A stretch of DNA of 21,902 nt from Candidatus Micrarchaeota archaeon (GCA_043803815.1 JAZDJR010000027.1:1-21902); one strand, 5' to 3'. Positions 1-9,095 are shown, counted from the first letter of the stretch. Numbers and translations: made by a program. The notes: generated from the letters alone by a model not told the origin.

Positions 1-2
1 CC

Positions 3-86
3 ACCAGTGAGTTAGGCATGACGCAAGAGGCAGCCATCAAGTTCTGGGCGTACCAAAAAGTCAAAAGATACGGAGAAAACGCATAA
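3..86 (+). CDS. 3' end of an upstream gene (partial, unknown product)
   Basis: Frame 3 is open from the window edge: TSELGMTQEAAIKFWAYQKVKRYGENA*, with TAA at 84-86. Confidence 0.45.
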   Translation, partial: TSELGMTQEAAIKFWAYQKVKRYGENA

Positions 87-127
87 CTGCACCGGGTTTT
101 TCAGAAAACCCGAAAAACTTCAGAATC

Positions 128-1270
128 ATGCAACACAGCAAAAAATTTTATTCATTAGTCCCAAAAAAATACTTAAAACAGCCTGAAAAATATTATTACC
201 GAAAAATCCGCTCCAAAAACAAAAAAACACGCCAAAAATACAGCCTTGCATGGAACGAATTTGAAGATTCCTGCATGACAATACAGCCCCGAAAATCCGG
301 CAAAAATCGCTTAAACAAAAACTGGGCCAAATCATTCGCCAAAATCGGCAGCTATTACTTATCCAAAAACTGCTTTCTGCCCGAAAACTACATCCTCAAA
401 AACTGCCGCAAAATCAAAAACATCCCAACCGTTATCGTGCAGGGACGCTATGACATGGCCTGCCCGCCGCGCCAAGCCCACGAACTTCACCAAGCGCTTC
501 CCAAATCCAAACTAATATATACCATCGCCGGCCACAGCGGAAGCGAAAAACAAACCAAAAAAGCAATCATCGAAACGCTCGACGAAATGGCAAAAAAAAC
601 GCGCGCACAGCCAGTTGAAACGACGAACAAAGACTGGGAAGAAACATACCGAAAAAAAGGTGTTGTGCACGCGGAAATCGAGCCGTTTGTAAAAAAAACA
701 GTTCCCCTATTTCGAAAGAAAAAAGTCAAAACTATTTTAGATCTGGGTTGTGGAACCGGCAAGAATTGCTTCTTTTTGGCCAAAAAAGGCTTTACTGTTT
801 ATGGAATAGATAGTTCACCAACTGCCGTTAGGATAGCCGCCCGCCAATTAAAGGGAAAACAAAATAAGAAAATCCGGTTAAAACAAAGCGACATGACCAA
901 AATCCCGTTCAAAAAAGGTTCTTTTGACGCGGTTATCTGCTACCGGGTTATTTACCATGGAACCATCAAACAAATCCGAAAAGCAATCAGGGAAGTGTAC
1001 CGTGTCTTGAAGCCAAACGGCTTGTTTGCCCTCAACCTTATAACCGGAAACGACCAGGATTTCAGAAAGGGACAGGAAATCGAAAAAAACACCTTCATTT
1101 ATCTGAACCCCAAAGAATACAATGTTCCGCACCATTTCTTTACAAAAAAAGAAATCTTGAAAGAAACCAAGGCGTTCAAACTGCTCAAAATCGAACCAGT
1201 CCACTATCCAGACCTCAAAGCCAAGAAACCAAGCGAATACCACCTGTTTCTCGAAAAGGCGAAAAAATGA
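128..1270 (+). CDS. Fusion of the C-terminal half of a proline iminopeptidase (alpha/beta hydrolase) and a class I SAM-dependent methyltransferase
   Basis: Residues ~1-153 contain PIP-like AWNEFE, IPTVIVQGRYDMACPP and AGHS but no GGSWG nucleophile. Residues ~165-380 contain ILDLGCGTGK, GIDSS, FDAVIC and VLKPNG. Confidence 0.8.
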   Translation: MQHSKKFYSLVPKKYLKQPEKYYYRKIRSKNKKTRQKYSLAWNEFEDSCMTIQPRKSGKNRLNKNWAKSFAKIGSYYLSKNCFLPENYILKNCRKIKNIPTVIVQGRYDMACPPRQAHELHQALPKSKLIYTIAGHSGSEKQTKKAIIETLDEMAKKTRAQPVETTNKDWEETYRKKGVVHAEIEPFVKKTVPLFRKKKVKTILDLGCGTGKNCFFLAKKGFTVYGIDSSPTAVRIAARQLKGKQNKKIRLKQSDMTKIPFKKGSFDAVICYRVIYHGTIKQIRKAIREVYRVLKPNGLFALNLITGNDQDFRKGQEIEKNTFIYLNPKEYNVPHHFFTKKEILKETKAFKLLKIEPVHYPDLKAKKPSEYHLFLEKAKK

Positions 1271-1833
1271 AAACCGTTCTTTTTGTTACCACGCGAAAAC
1301 TCAAGTTCAAAATCGCGCAAAAACATTTAGCCCAATTCGGAATCCGGTTAAAACAAGTCCGATTGGAAACCCCTGAAATCCAGGACTGGAACGTGCGCAC
1401 AATCGCAGCGTACTCTGCCAAGTGGGCTGCGAACAGGCTAAAAAAGCCGGTTTTGGTGCAGGATTCGGGTCTCGAAATTTGCGCATTAAACGGCTTTCCG
1501 GGGCCGTTTGCCAAATATGCGGAGCAAACCCTCGGAACAAAAGGAATTCTCAAACTCCTTAAAGGAGTCAAGAACCGCAAAGCGGTCTGGACCGATGCCA
1601 TTGCCTACTGCAAACCCAATGGAAAATCGCAAGTCATTTATCAGGAAGACAAAGCGCGCATTGCGTTAAAACCCAGCGGAAAATTCGGCAGGGAATGGGA
1701 TAAAATATTTATCATGGACGGACAAACCAAAACACTGGCCAGTGTCCCCGAATTTCAAGCCATATTAACCTGGAAACCCGAACGATACGAAAAAATCGCA
1801 AAAATAATCCTGAAAGGCAAAAAAGGACATTAA
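1267..1833 (+). CDS. HAM1/RdgB (ITPase)-family NTP pyrophosphatase, divergent
   Basis: Motifs PEIQ, VLVQDSGL..ALNGFPGPFAK and WDKIF. ATGA overlap with the upstream gene. The C-terminal SHR motif is absent. Confidence 0.85.
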   Translation: MKTVLFVTTRKLKFKIAQKHLAQFGIRLKQVRLETPEIQDWNVRTIAAYSAKWAANRLKKPVLVQDSGLEICALNGFPGPFAKYAEQTLGTKGILKLLKGVKNRKAVWTDAIAYCKPNGKSQVIYQEDKARIALKPSGKFGREWDKIFIMDGQTKTLASVPEFQAILTWKPERYEKIAKIILKGKKGH

Positions 1834-1889
1834 AAAAGTGTCGCTAAAGCCAGGTTAACTGTTGCCCGAAAAAGAAAAGGTCGTTTTAT

Positions 1890-3074
1890 ATGTTTTTGAT
1901 TGCATTTGCGGTTTTTTTGTCAATTTATCTCTTTGTTTTCTTATTGCTCGCTTTAGAGCATAAAAAAAGACAAGTTGCACCGGAAGTCCTTGACCCAATA
2001 TCTTTTTTGATTTCAGCGCATAACGAGGAAAAAACAATTGCGGATTCCTTAACAAGCGCCCTTTCGCAAAAAGGAATATCGGTTAAAGAAATAGTCGTTA
2101 TCGTCGACAACTCAACCGATAGAACCGCCGAGATTTGTAAAAGTTTAGCGGAACAGAACCCTTGCGTCATAATAATACCCAAAAATGACGGCCAGCCCTC
2201 AAAGCCGAAAGTAATACGAATCGGGTTACAAAAAATAAGCACAAAATACGCGGTTTTGCTCGATGCGGACACCATTCTTGAGAAAAATGCGGTTGCTGAA
2301 ACATTTTCTTTTATGAAAAACAACCGTGCGGAGTTCGGCACCTGCATCGTCGACCCGATGCCGGCAAAATCTTTAAAGTATGAAATAATCTCTTCGGACA
2401 AACTTTTTCGACAAAGGATACTGCAGCTTGGCAGGGCTGAAATCAATTGCGCAAACTTGCCGGGGTGCTTTTATATCGGAAATGCGGGCTGGCTAAAGGA
2501 AAACATCTCCAATTCGTTTGTGGAAGACCTTGTTCTTTCGTATAAACTCATCGGGGAAAACAATAAAATTTCGGTTGTCCCAAAAGTCCTTGCTTTTGAA
2601 CAGGAAAGATTGCAATTCAGGTCGTTTTTTCTGCAGCGCATGCGCTGGACAATCGGAAACATTTCCGCTTTTCCGCATTTTTTAAGGGCATTCAAAAACA
2701 AGTCTTTTTCAACAATATTCGGACTTTTTTCATTCCCGCTTTTTTGGTATATAATCCAATATTTTGTCTTTTTCCTGCTGGCCCTTTCTTTCTTTAATTG
2801 GGAAGCCCGAATTTCATTAGTCCTAGTTCTCGCAGCATATCTTCCGGCGCTGATACTAGCACGCACCATGTTTTCAAGGATTAGCGCAAAAGATGCCTTA
2901 ATTTCCTGCGCCTATCTGGCAATAGCATCGGCCGTATATTTAGCGGCATTGTTCGGTTCCGTTGGAATGATTTTTAAGAAGGGGTTCTTTTTTTATGATT
3001 CAGCCCTATTCAAAAGAATGTTTGTAAAGGAGCGTACAAAAAATGAAGTCACAATCAGCAAGAATCAAAACTGA
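1890..3074 (+). CDS. Membrane GT2 glycosyltransferase (cellulose synthase/PgaC-like, QxxRW type)
   Basis: N-terminal TM helix, ISAHNEE, DNSTD, DAD, VED and QRMRW motifs, and several C-terminal hydrophobic helices. Confidence 0.9.
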   Translation: MFLIAFAVFLSIYLFVFLLLALEHKKRQVAPEVLDPISFLISAHNEEKTIADSLTSALSQKGISVKEIVVIVDNSTDRTAEICKSLAEQNPCVIIIPKNDGQPSKPKVIRIGLQKISTKYAVLLDADTILEKNAVAETFSFMKNNRAEFGTCIVDPMPAKSLKYEIISSDKLFRQRILQLGRAEINCANLPGCFYIGNAGWLKENISNSFVEDLVLSYKLIGENNKISVVPKVLAFEQERLQFRSFFLQRMRWTIGNISAFPHFLRAFKNKSFSTIFGLFSFPLFWYIIQYFVFFLLALSFFNWEARISLVLVLAAYLPALILARTMFSRISAKDALISCAYLAIASAVYLAALFGSVGMIFKKGFFFYDSALFKRMFVKERTKNEVTISKNQN

Positions 3075-4176
3075 ATTGTTATCCCAAGGCCTTACGTTCG
3101 ACCAGGAAAGCCTCGAGGGATTGGGAAGTAAATTCAAGGAAGAACACCACGGCTATGACTTCTCCAATTGGGGGGTAAAAAAAGAGCTGTTATTGCCTTC
3201 GGAACTCATGCTTCCGGGAAACATCGTCGTGTGCGTACACAATAGGCCGGAATCGCCGTTTCAGGTAAGAATGGAAGACAGAAAAAGGTTCATTTACAAA
3301 GGCGAAGAAAAACTTTCCAAAATAAGCTTTTTGCCAAGGCCGAAATCCTGGAGCAAAAGCACCAGCGACGGGACTTCGTTAAAAAAAATAATAAACTTTT
3401 ACGGCTACGACTGCATAAACCTGAACATATATTCAGGCTGCGACTTTTGGAATGCCGGACTCCCCTGCCAATTTTGCAGCGTTGCGCCCACGCAGAGAAC
3501 ATTCAAAGAAGCAGTAGTTGAAAAAAAAATCGAACAGGTCCGCGAAGCGTTTAAGACCGCATTTAAACTGGAAAAAGACATCAACTTTGTACTGACAACG
3601 GGCGGGTCACATCTTGAAGCAAACACCGAAGTAAAAGACCAAATCAATGTTTTAAGTGCAATAAAAGAAATCGTGCCTTGGAAAAAAATCAAAGGCAACA
3701 CCGCGTTAATGCCGCCAAAAGACCTTTCATTGATTGGCAAGCTTTATGAAACCGGAATCGAACACCCTTCCTTCAACCTTGAGGTTTGGGGCAAAAAAAA
3801 CTTCCAAAAAACCTGTCCCGGAAAGGAAAAATACCGCGGATATGACCACATCTTTGAGGCATACAAAGAAGCGGTCAAGGTTTTTGGAGACGGCGCCATG
3901 TGGTGCAATTTTGTGGCCGGAATCAACTCGCTTGAGGAATTAAAAGAAGGATTTACCGCAATGGCTGAAATGGGGGTAATTCCAGGAGCAAACGTATTTC
4001 ATCCCGATGTCGGTGCGGTACTTGGAACCAAGCTAAAAAGTCCAAGTACGGAATACATTATTGACTTATTTCACCATGCGTCAGACTTGTACCACCAGTA
4101 CGGCTACAAGCCGTTCTTTTCGGAATCCGTGTTAAGAAATTCTATAGCAAACGAAGCGTACCATGGTTTGATTTAA
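3043..4176 (+). CDS. Radical SAM protein with a CX8CX2C motif
   Basis: CDFWNAGLPCQFC at 3439-3477, TTGGS, FNLEVW and TCPGK. Overlaps the GT2 stop region. Confidence 0.85.
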   Translation: MKSQSARIKTELLSQGLTFDQESLEGLGSKFKEEHHGYDFSNWGVKKELLLPSELMLPGNIVVCVHNRPESPFQVRMEDRKRFIYKGEEKLSKISFLPRPKSWSKSTSDGTSLKKIINFYGYDCINLNIYSGCDFWNAGLPCQFCSVAPTQRTFKEAVVEKKIEQVREAFKTAFKLEKDINFVLTTGGSHLEANTEVKDQINVLSAIKEIVPWKKIKGNTALMPPKDLSLIGKLYETGIEHPSFNLEVWGKKNFQKTCPGKEKYRGYDHIFEAYKEAVKVFGDGAMWCNFVAGINSLEELKEGFTAMAEMGVIPGANVFHPDVGAVLGTKLKSPSTEYIIDLFHHASDLYHQYGYKPFFSESVLRNSIANEAYHGLI

Positions 4177-4793
4177 TGAAAAAAGAACAGCTGGACAGCG
4201 GCGGGAAAAAAATAACCGTTTTTTCAAGCCACGCAAAAAAACCCCTTGCAGCCGTCGTATACCTGCATGGAATTCGAGGAACGCCAAAAGAGCTTTCAAT
4301 GATGAAAAAAGACCTGGAAAAAAAATGCGACGTTTGCTTTTTCGATTTTGATTATAAACACATAAAAAAAATACTCCCCATCTTGAAAAAATTCCTAAAG
4401 CAAAAACCCGGTGGAATCCCATTAGTGATTGCGGGATTAAGTATCGGCGGTGCCTGCGCAATAATCCTTGGAAAGCAGTGCGATGCCGACTTGGTTGTTC
4501 CAATAAATTCGTTTTACAGCCGGGCAATGCTTTTTAAGGAAAAAAATTTGGGAAAATGCGATTTCGACCTGAAGCCCGCAAAATATCTGAAAGACATCAA
4601 AAGAATGGAAATTATTTGCTCAAAAAACGACGAAAAAATCCCAAACCGCCATTCAATCCTTCTTTTTGACGAGTTCCGCGGAAAAAAAGAAATTCATATA
4701 TTGGAAAATACCGAGCATGCTTGCAAAGAAAAAACCGCACAGCGAAAAATAGCGGAAATAATCATCGGCTCTTGCCGCGCCTTGCGTCGCTAA
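4176..4793 (+). CDS. Alpha/beta hydrolase (esterase-like)
   Basis: YLHG oxyanion motif, GLSIGG nucleophile elbow, NDEKIP (Asp) and ENTEH (His). TAATG coupling to the radical SAM gene. Confidence 0.8.
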   Translation: MKKEQLDSGGKKITVFSSHAKKPLAAVVYLHGIRGTPKELSMMKKDLEKKCDVCFFDFDYKHIKKILPILKKFLKQKPGGIPLVIAGLSIGGACAIILGKQCDADLVVPINSFYSRAMLFKEKNLGKCDFDLKPAKYLKDIKRMEIICSKNDEKIPNRHSILLFDEFRGKKEIHILENTEHACKEKTAQRKIAEIIIGSCRALRR

Positions 4794-5514
4794 TGTGTTT
4801 TCTAATCGCTTTTTGGGTCTGATTTACCGACTTTTTTTGGGGAACAGAGGACAAGTCAACAGTCCTCAATTTCCCAGTCCTGAAATAATAATCAAGAATC
4901 GGCTTGATTACCGCATTATATTTTCTAATCCTTGCCTGCATAACCCGAATTTCCGAATCGCCAATGCGGGTGCCAAGCGAACCGTGGCAAGAATCGCACT
5001 TTCCGTCCCTCTTTGGCGGTTTAGTAACCAAATTATACGTTGCTCCGCACGCGTTGCAGGTCAAGCGGTATTTTAACCGGTCGAGCAAAAACTGGTCGCT
5101 GAGTTCAAGGTTTACAACCAAATTCAATTCCGCATTATGCTTTCTCAAAAGAACATCCAAATCGGCAGCAGATTCTATCGTTCTTGGAATCCCGTCCAAA
5201 ATAAAACCTTTGCTGCAGTCCAGCGATTTCAGTTTTTTCTCGACTAAATCCAGCAAAACCGCACTTCCAAGCTCTTCAGTAACCAAACCGCCGCGGCCTA
5301 TTATTTCTTTAATTCTTGCGCCTAACGCAGTTCCTTTTTTTACCTCTTCTCGCAAAAGTTCCCCGCCGGAAATATGCGGAACGCCATACTTTTTGCTGAC
5401 CAAGCCGGCCTGTGTACTTTTCCCGGTTCCCGGTTTTCCCAATAAAACCAAATTTAGTCTTGGTTTTTCACGCCGCTTTGGAAAAAAGTTTCTTAATCTT
5501 TCAAAAGCGGGCAT
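4762..5514 (-). CDS. adk: Adenylate kinase with a zinc-binding LID
   Basis: GKPGTGKST P-loop, HISGGELLR, GFILDGIPRT and LID CNAC...CDSC. Confidence 0.85.
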   Translation of the reverse strand: MPAFERLRNFFPKRREKPRLNLVLLGKPGTGKSTQAGLVSKKYGVPHISGGELLREEVKKGTALGARIKEIIGRGGLVTEELGSAVLLDLVEKKLKSLDCSKGFILDGIPRTIESAADLDVLLRKHNAELNLVVNLELSDQFLLDRLKYRLTCNACGATYNLVTKPPKRDGKCDSCHGSLGTRIGDSEIRVMQARIRKYNAVIKPILDYYFRTGKLRTVDLSSVPQKKSVNQTQKAIRKHISDARRGKSR

Positions 5515-5533
5515 ACTATCACAAAGCCAAATG

Positions 5534-6160
5534 CTAGCGAAGGCCGGAACGGGTAAGTTTTTGAACTCTTTTGGTCCTTATCCGCCAATTATACCCTTGA
5601 GCCACTCTTGCGGCCGATTTTTTAATTGAATCCGAACCTCGCAAAGTTTTCAAAAGTTTCTTGTGCTTATAATGCATTAAAACCTCGACAATGTTGCCCT
5701 GGAAAAAACGTTCCCTTTCCAACGGGTCCTCCCACTTGCCCCTTTTTTTCACAGTCCTGCGTTTAAGGCTCAAGGAAGCGGGAACATACATGTGGAACAC
5801 CGTATTCAACTCCAACCCGTATTTTTTTATAAGCCCGTCAAGCAAGTCGACTTGTTTCATAGTGCTTGGAAAATTATCCAAGACAAAACCCCGCTTAAAC
5901 TTGCCTGGCTGGGAATGCAATGCCTGTTCTATCATCTCAATGACAAGTTCATCAGGAACCTGCTTTTTTTCGGCAAATACCTGCTGAAAAAATACTCCCA
6001 GTTTGGAGTTTTTTGCAGCTTCAGTCCGGGCCAATTTTCCAATGGAAATGAAAGGAAGGCCGATTTTTCGGTGAACTTCCATCCCAGCTCTTGTTTTTCC
6101 GCTTCCCGTCCGCCCCAAAAGAACAAAAACTTGAGCACCATTAAAGAAATCGGGATTCAA
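5534..6160 (-). CDS. Adenylate kinase-family NMP kinase, LID-less and divergent
   Basis: GRTGSGKT, ISIGKLAR, VPDE and GFVLDNFP. Start placed at TTG 6160 after a GGTG SD-like site. The 32-codon upstream extension in the ORF track looks non-coding. Confidence 0.75.
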   Translation of the reverse strand: MNPDFFNGAQVFVLLGRTGSGKTRAGMEVHRKIGLPFISIGKLARTEAAKNSKLGVFFQQVFAEKKQVPDELVIEMIEQALHSQPGKFKRGFVLDNFPSTMKQVDLLDGLIKKYGLELNTVFHMYVPASLSLKRRTVKKRGKWEDPLERERFFQGNIVEVLMHYKHKKLLKTLRGSDSIKKSAARVAQGYNWRIRTKRVQKLTRSGLR

Positions 6161-6259
6161 AAAACAACACCAATAGCAATATATCAAATGAAGAGAATAT
6201 ATAGATTCTCGCTTTAAAAATAATAATACCGCAATATACAAATCAAAGAAGGTCAACCG

Positions 6260-6817
6260 ATGGCTTCAAACAACAGGGAAATTGAAATAAAATTCAGGAT
6301 TCAAAATCCGGAAGAAATAAGGAAAAAAATAATGAAAAGCGGAAAGCTTATCGGCAAAGCATTCGAGAAAACAATCCGTTTTGACACCAAAACAAAAAAT
6401 TTGGAAAAAGAAGAAAAATTTATCCGAATCCGATCCGGATTCAGCAACACCCTGACTTTCAAAAGAAAAATAGAAAACAAAGAGTTCAGAGAAAGAGAAG
6501 AAATAGAATTAGAAATTTCCGATATTGAAAAAATGAGGCAAATACTCAAAAACTTGGGTTTTGACAAAGAACTAATAATGGAAAAACATCGCGAAAAATG
6601 GAAGTTTAAGGATGCGGAAATAGCGCTGGATACGCTTCCCATGGGAACCTTCGTTGAAATCGAAGGAAGCGAGCAGTCAATCAAAGAAACGGCAAAACTT
6701 CTCGGGCTGGATTTTGAAAACAGGATTCTTGAAACATACTGGGAAATCTGGAAAGACTACACGAAAAAAAACAGGATTCAAAGCGAAGACATAACTTTTG
6801 AAGCAATAAAAAAATAG
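6260..6817 (+). CDS. CYTH domain protein (class IV adenylate cyclase / triphosphate tunnel metalloenzyme family)
   Basis: N-terminal EIEIK, IRIR, LTFK, REEIE, K.REKW and FVEIEG motifs. Confidence 0.9.
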   Translation: MASNNREIEIKFRIQNPEEIRKKIMKSGKLIGKAFEKTIRFDTKTKNLEKEEKFIRIRSGFSNTLTFKRKIENKEFREREEIELEISDIEKMRQILKNLGFDKELIMEKHREKWKFKDAEIALDTLPMGTFVEIEGSEQSIKETAKLLGLDFENRILETYWEIWKDYTKKNRIQSEDITFEAIKK

Positions 6818-6840
6818 GATTTTATCTAAAAATGTTTGGA

Positions 6841-7998
6841 TTATTTTTTGGCGACGATTAACGGAACCCATAGCTCCTGCTTGGATAGGCCGCCGTGATG
6901 GCTGATGTGGTGCTTTGGCTTTTCATAGTCCGGAACGCTGTTAAGGCCCCAGCCAGTTTTCATCAAAAGCGTGTAATCTCCGATTCGTTCGTAAAAATGC
7001 GGGTGCACGGTAAACCGCCCGAAAAGCCCTTTTTTGGCCAATTCTTTGCTTTTGAACAAATCGCACGAACGGCCAAAGCGTGATTTTACGTATTTAACAA
7101 ACGCTTTTTCTTTTCCCAGGCGAACCGAACAAAAAGAAAAACGATGCTCGCCGGACAAGGGCGTTGCCAGAATTTCTTTCAATTTCGGGTGGTCATTCAA
7201 ATCGATTGTTTTCTTTTTTGGAACATCAATCAATCCATGGTCGGCCGTTACAATTACGATGGTATTTGTTCCTTCAATGGAATCCAAAAAAGAGGAAAAA
7301 TCGCGGTCCAATTGCCTGAAATGCGAAACCACCTGTCGGCTATCCGTTCCGAACTTATGACATAAGGAATCGATTTTGTCATAATACGCATAAACAAATT
7401 TTCTTTGTTTTCCCGAACCAACGGCTTTTTGGATGCTGCTGAAAAAATCTTTGCGGGTTTTGAAACCGATTCGCTTGGCTTTTCCGGCGCACGTCGAGGA
7501 AAAATCCGAATCAAAATAGTCCCGATGCTGAATAATAAAAGATTTTGTCTTCAAACGGTTTGTCAGCCAATCCAGGCGAAAAACGTTTTGGATTGGAATT
7601 TTTTCCTGCAGAGAAACCTTTTTTTCCAACCGCAACACATACGGCAACGGAATCACAACGCTGCCAAACTCCCACAAAAACATGTACCAAGCCAGCATGC
7701 CGTGCTCTTGCGGGGACAGACCAGTTAAAAAGGACGGAATCGCGGAACTCGTGCTGGTCGGAAAAACACTCGTCATTTTTCCGCGCAAAAAATGAAAAAA
7801 GGAACTGTTCTTTCCGTGCTTTTGCAAGAACTCAAAGCCCAACCCATCCACAACAATCAAAACAACGTTTTTGACCTGTTTGAGTTCCTTTGGGGACAAA
7901 AGACGCAACGGCGCATAACCGGAACGGCCGCCAAACGCGGTTTCAATGGAAGAAACCAGATTCAAAATGCTTCCGCCGGAATAATCGGGCTTATTCAT
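6841..7998 (-). CDS. Alkaline phosphatase superfamily protein (type I phosphodiesterase / nucleotide pyrophosphatase)
   Basis: VVDGLG, SVFPTST, D...HKFG, TADHG and HHGGLS.EL.VP motifs. Confidence 0.9.
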   Translation of the reverse strand: MNKPDYSGGSILNLVSSIETAFGGRSGYAPLRLLSPKELKQVKNVVLIVVDGLGFEFLQKHGKNSSFFHFLRGKMTSVFPTSTSSAIPSFLTGLSPQEHGMLAWYMFLWEFGSVVIPLPYVLRLEKKVSLQEKIPIQNVFRLDWLTNRLKTKSFIIQHRDYFDSDFSSTCAGKAKRIGFKTRKDFFSSIQKAVGSGKQRKFVYAYYDKIDSLCHKFGTDSRQVVSHFRQLDRDFSSFLDSIEGTNTIVIVTADHGLIDVPKKKTIDLNDHPKLKEILATPLSGEHRFSFCSVRLGKEKAFVKYVKSRFGRSCDLFKSKELAKKGLFGRFTVHPHFYERIGDYTLLMKTGWGLNSVPDYEKPKHHISHHGGLSKQELWVPLIVAKK

Positions 7999-8083
7999 GC
8001 TAAAAAAATATCCGATAAGAATTTTTAATCCCGCTTATTCGCGGCAAAAACAAACCGGGCAGTTTTTCGGGTAAAAATCCAAT

Positions 8084-8338
8084 TCACGTTTGCACCGAGT
8101 CCGCAAACCGGCGAAGCTCGGCGACCCATTTGGTCGAAACAAAATACCGGTTGTTCCGGTTTTCAAGCACGTTGTTTTTGACCATGGAAAGCAGGGTTTT
8201 GTGAACGTTTTGGTACGACACCGTTACGCCTTGGACTTGCATCTCGTCCCAGATTTCACGGCAGCGCAACCCCTGTTTTTTGCTCACCAAAAAAACAACC
8301 CAATCACTCGTCGAGCGCTTGGAAAAAATCCAGTTCAT
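8084..8338 (-). CDS. Small stand-alone winged-helix protein (YQxVHK family)
   Basis: STSDWVVFLVS..VSYQNVHKTL..Y.VSTKWV aligns by eye with the N-termini of the proteins at 19757-20638 and 20868-21737. Confidence 0.75.
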   Translation of the reverse strand: MNWIFSKRSTSDWVVFLVSKKQGLRCREIWDEMQVQGVTVSYQNVHKTLLSMVKNNVLENRNNRYFVSTKWVAELRRFADSVQT

Positions 8339-8434
8339 GCAAACAATAAATGCAAATCAAAACAATAATCCCGAAAATTTTCGCTTTTCAACGAAACCGG
8401 AATGGCAAGCGATTGTGCAATTTCCAAAACCAAT

Positions 8435-8455
8435 ATTCAACTTTTTAGTTGATTT
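8435..8455. promoter_or_regulatory. Palindromic operator-like site TCAAC-N6-GTTGA (copy 1)
   Basis: attcaactttttagttgattt in the divergent intergenic region, 19/21 identical to 14983-15003. Confidence 0.65.
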
Positions 8456-8574
8456 TTTTTAAACCGCAGCTGTATTACCTCCAAAGACCGCAATGGATAC
8501 TATAAACGGCGCCGTTTTCCAAGACCGTCCGATTGGTCATTTGCACCCGGGCGGCTTTGGCCAACGGTGAAACC

Positions 8575-8952
8575 ATGAACGTTTTGGAACTGGCCTTGCT
8601 CAAAATCATGCACGAACGAATCTCCCCGAACTCGTGCTCGATGGAGCACTACGCCAAAACGTTTCATGCCCTTTGCATCAGCGAACAGGCCAACCGCTAC
8701 GATATCCAGCGCCTGACCGGCGTAGACCCGAAATGCGCGGAACACGTCCTGCAAAAACTCGCCGGCGCGGGAATCGTTTCGCGCGACAACGGCGAATTCA
8801 CGATTAACCTCCAAACCGAAAAATTATGCCGGCTTATCACCGAAAACGAAACACCGCAAAGGAAACCACGATGGAAACCGCAACTCCAAAACAACACCGC
8901 CTTGCCGCGGAAGATTTTCCAGCCATTGGTCTGCACCAGCCGCATACGATAA
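8575..8952 (+). CDS. Hypothetical protein with a probable HTH/winged-helix
   Basis: GGTGA SD at 8566-8570 before ATG 8575. DIQRLTGVDPKCAEHVLQKLAGAGIVSR is HTH-like. Confidence 0.6.
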   Translation: MNVLELALLKIMHERISPNSCSMEHYAKTFHALCISEQANRYDIQRLTGVDPKCAEHVLQKLAGAGIVSRDNGEFTINLQTEKLCRLITENETPQRKPRWKPQLQNNTALPRKIFQPLVCTSRIR

Positions 8953-9080
8953 TTGCGGCCACGCTAAGCCTAAGCGTAATGCTTGCCCTGCACGTTTTAC
9001 AAATCGGGAATCCGTTTGTTCAAATCGGATTAGGGTCTTTTGTTTTCCTTTTGGCCTTATTTTTTTGGAAAAAAAAGTGA
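8871..9080 (+). CDS. Small membrane protein (2 TM helices)
   Basis: ATG 8871, two hydrophobic segments and a C-terminal WKKK. Overlaps the previous ORF by 82 nt. Confidence 0.5.
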   Translation: METATPKQHRLAAEDFPAIGLHQPHTIIAATLSLSVMLALHVLQIGNPFVQIGLGSFVFLLALFFWKKK

Positions 9081-9095
9081 TTCAACCGAAAGAAA

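Noticed and set aside
4904-5629. 241-aa plus-strand ORF
   Set aside because: Antisense shadow of adenylate kinase with no motifs.
6161-6256. N-terminal extension of the second NMP kinase
   Set aside because: Cys/aromatic-rich, non-protein-like sequence that would fill the divergent promoter. A better TTG start with an SD-like site lies at 6160.
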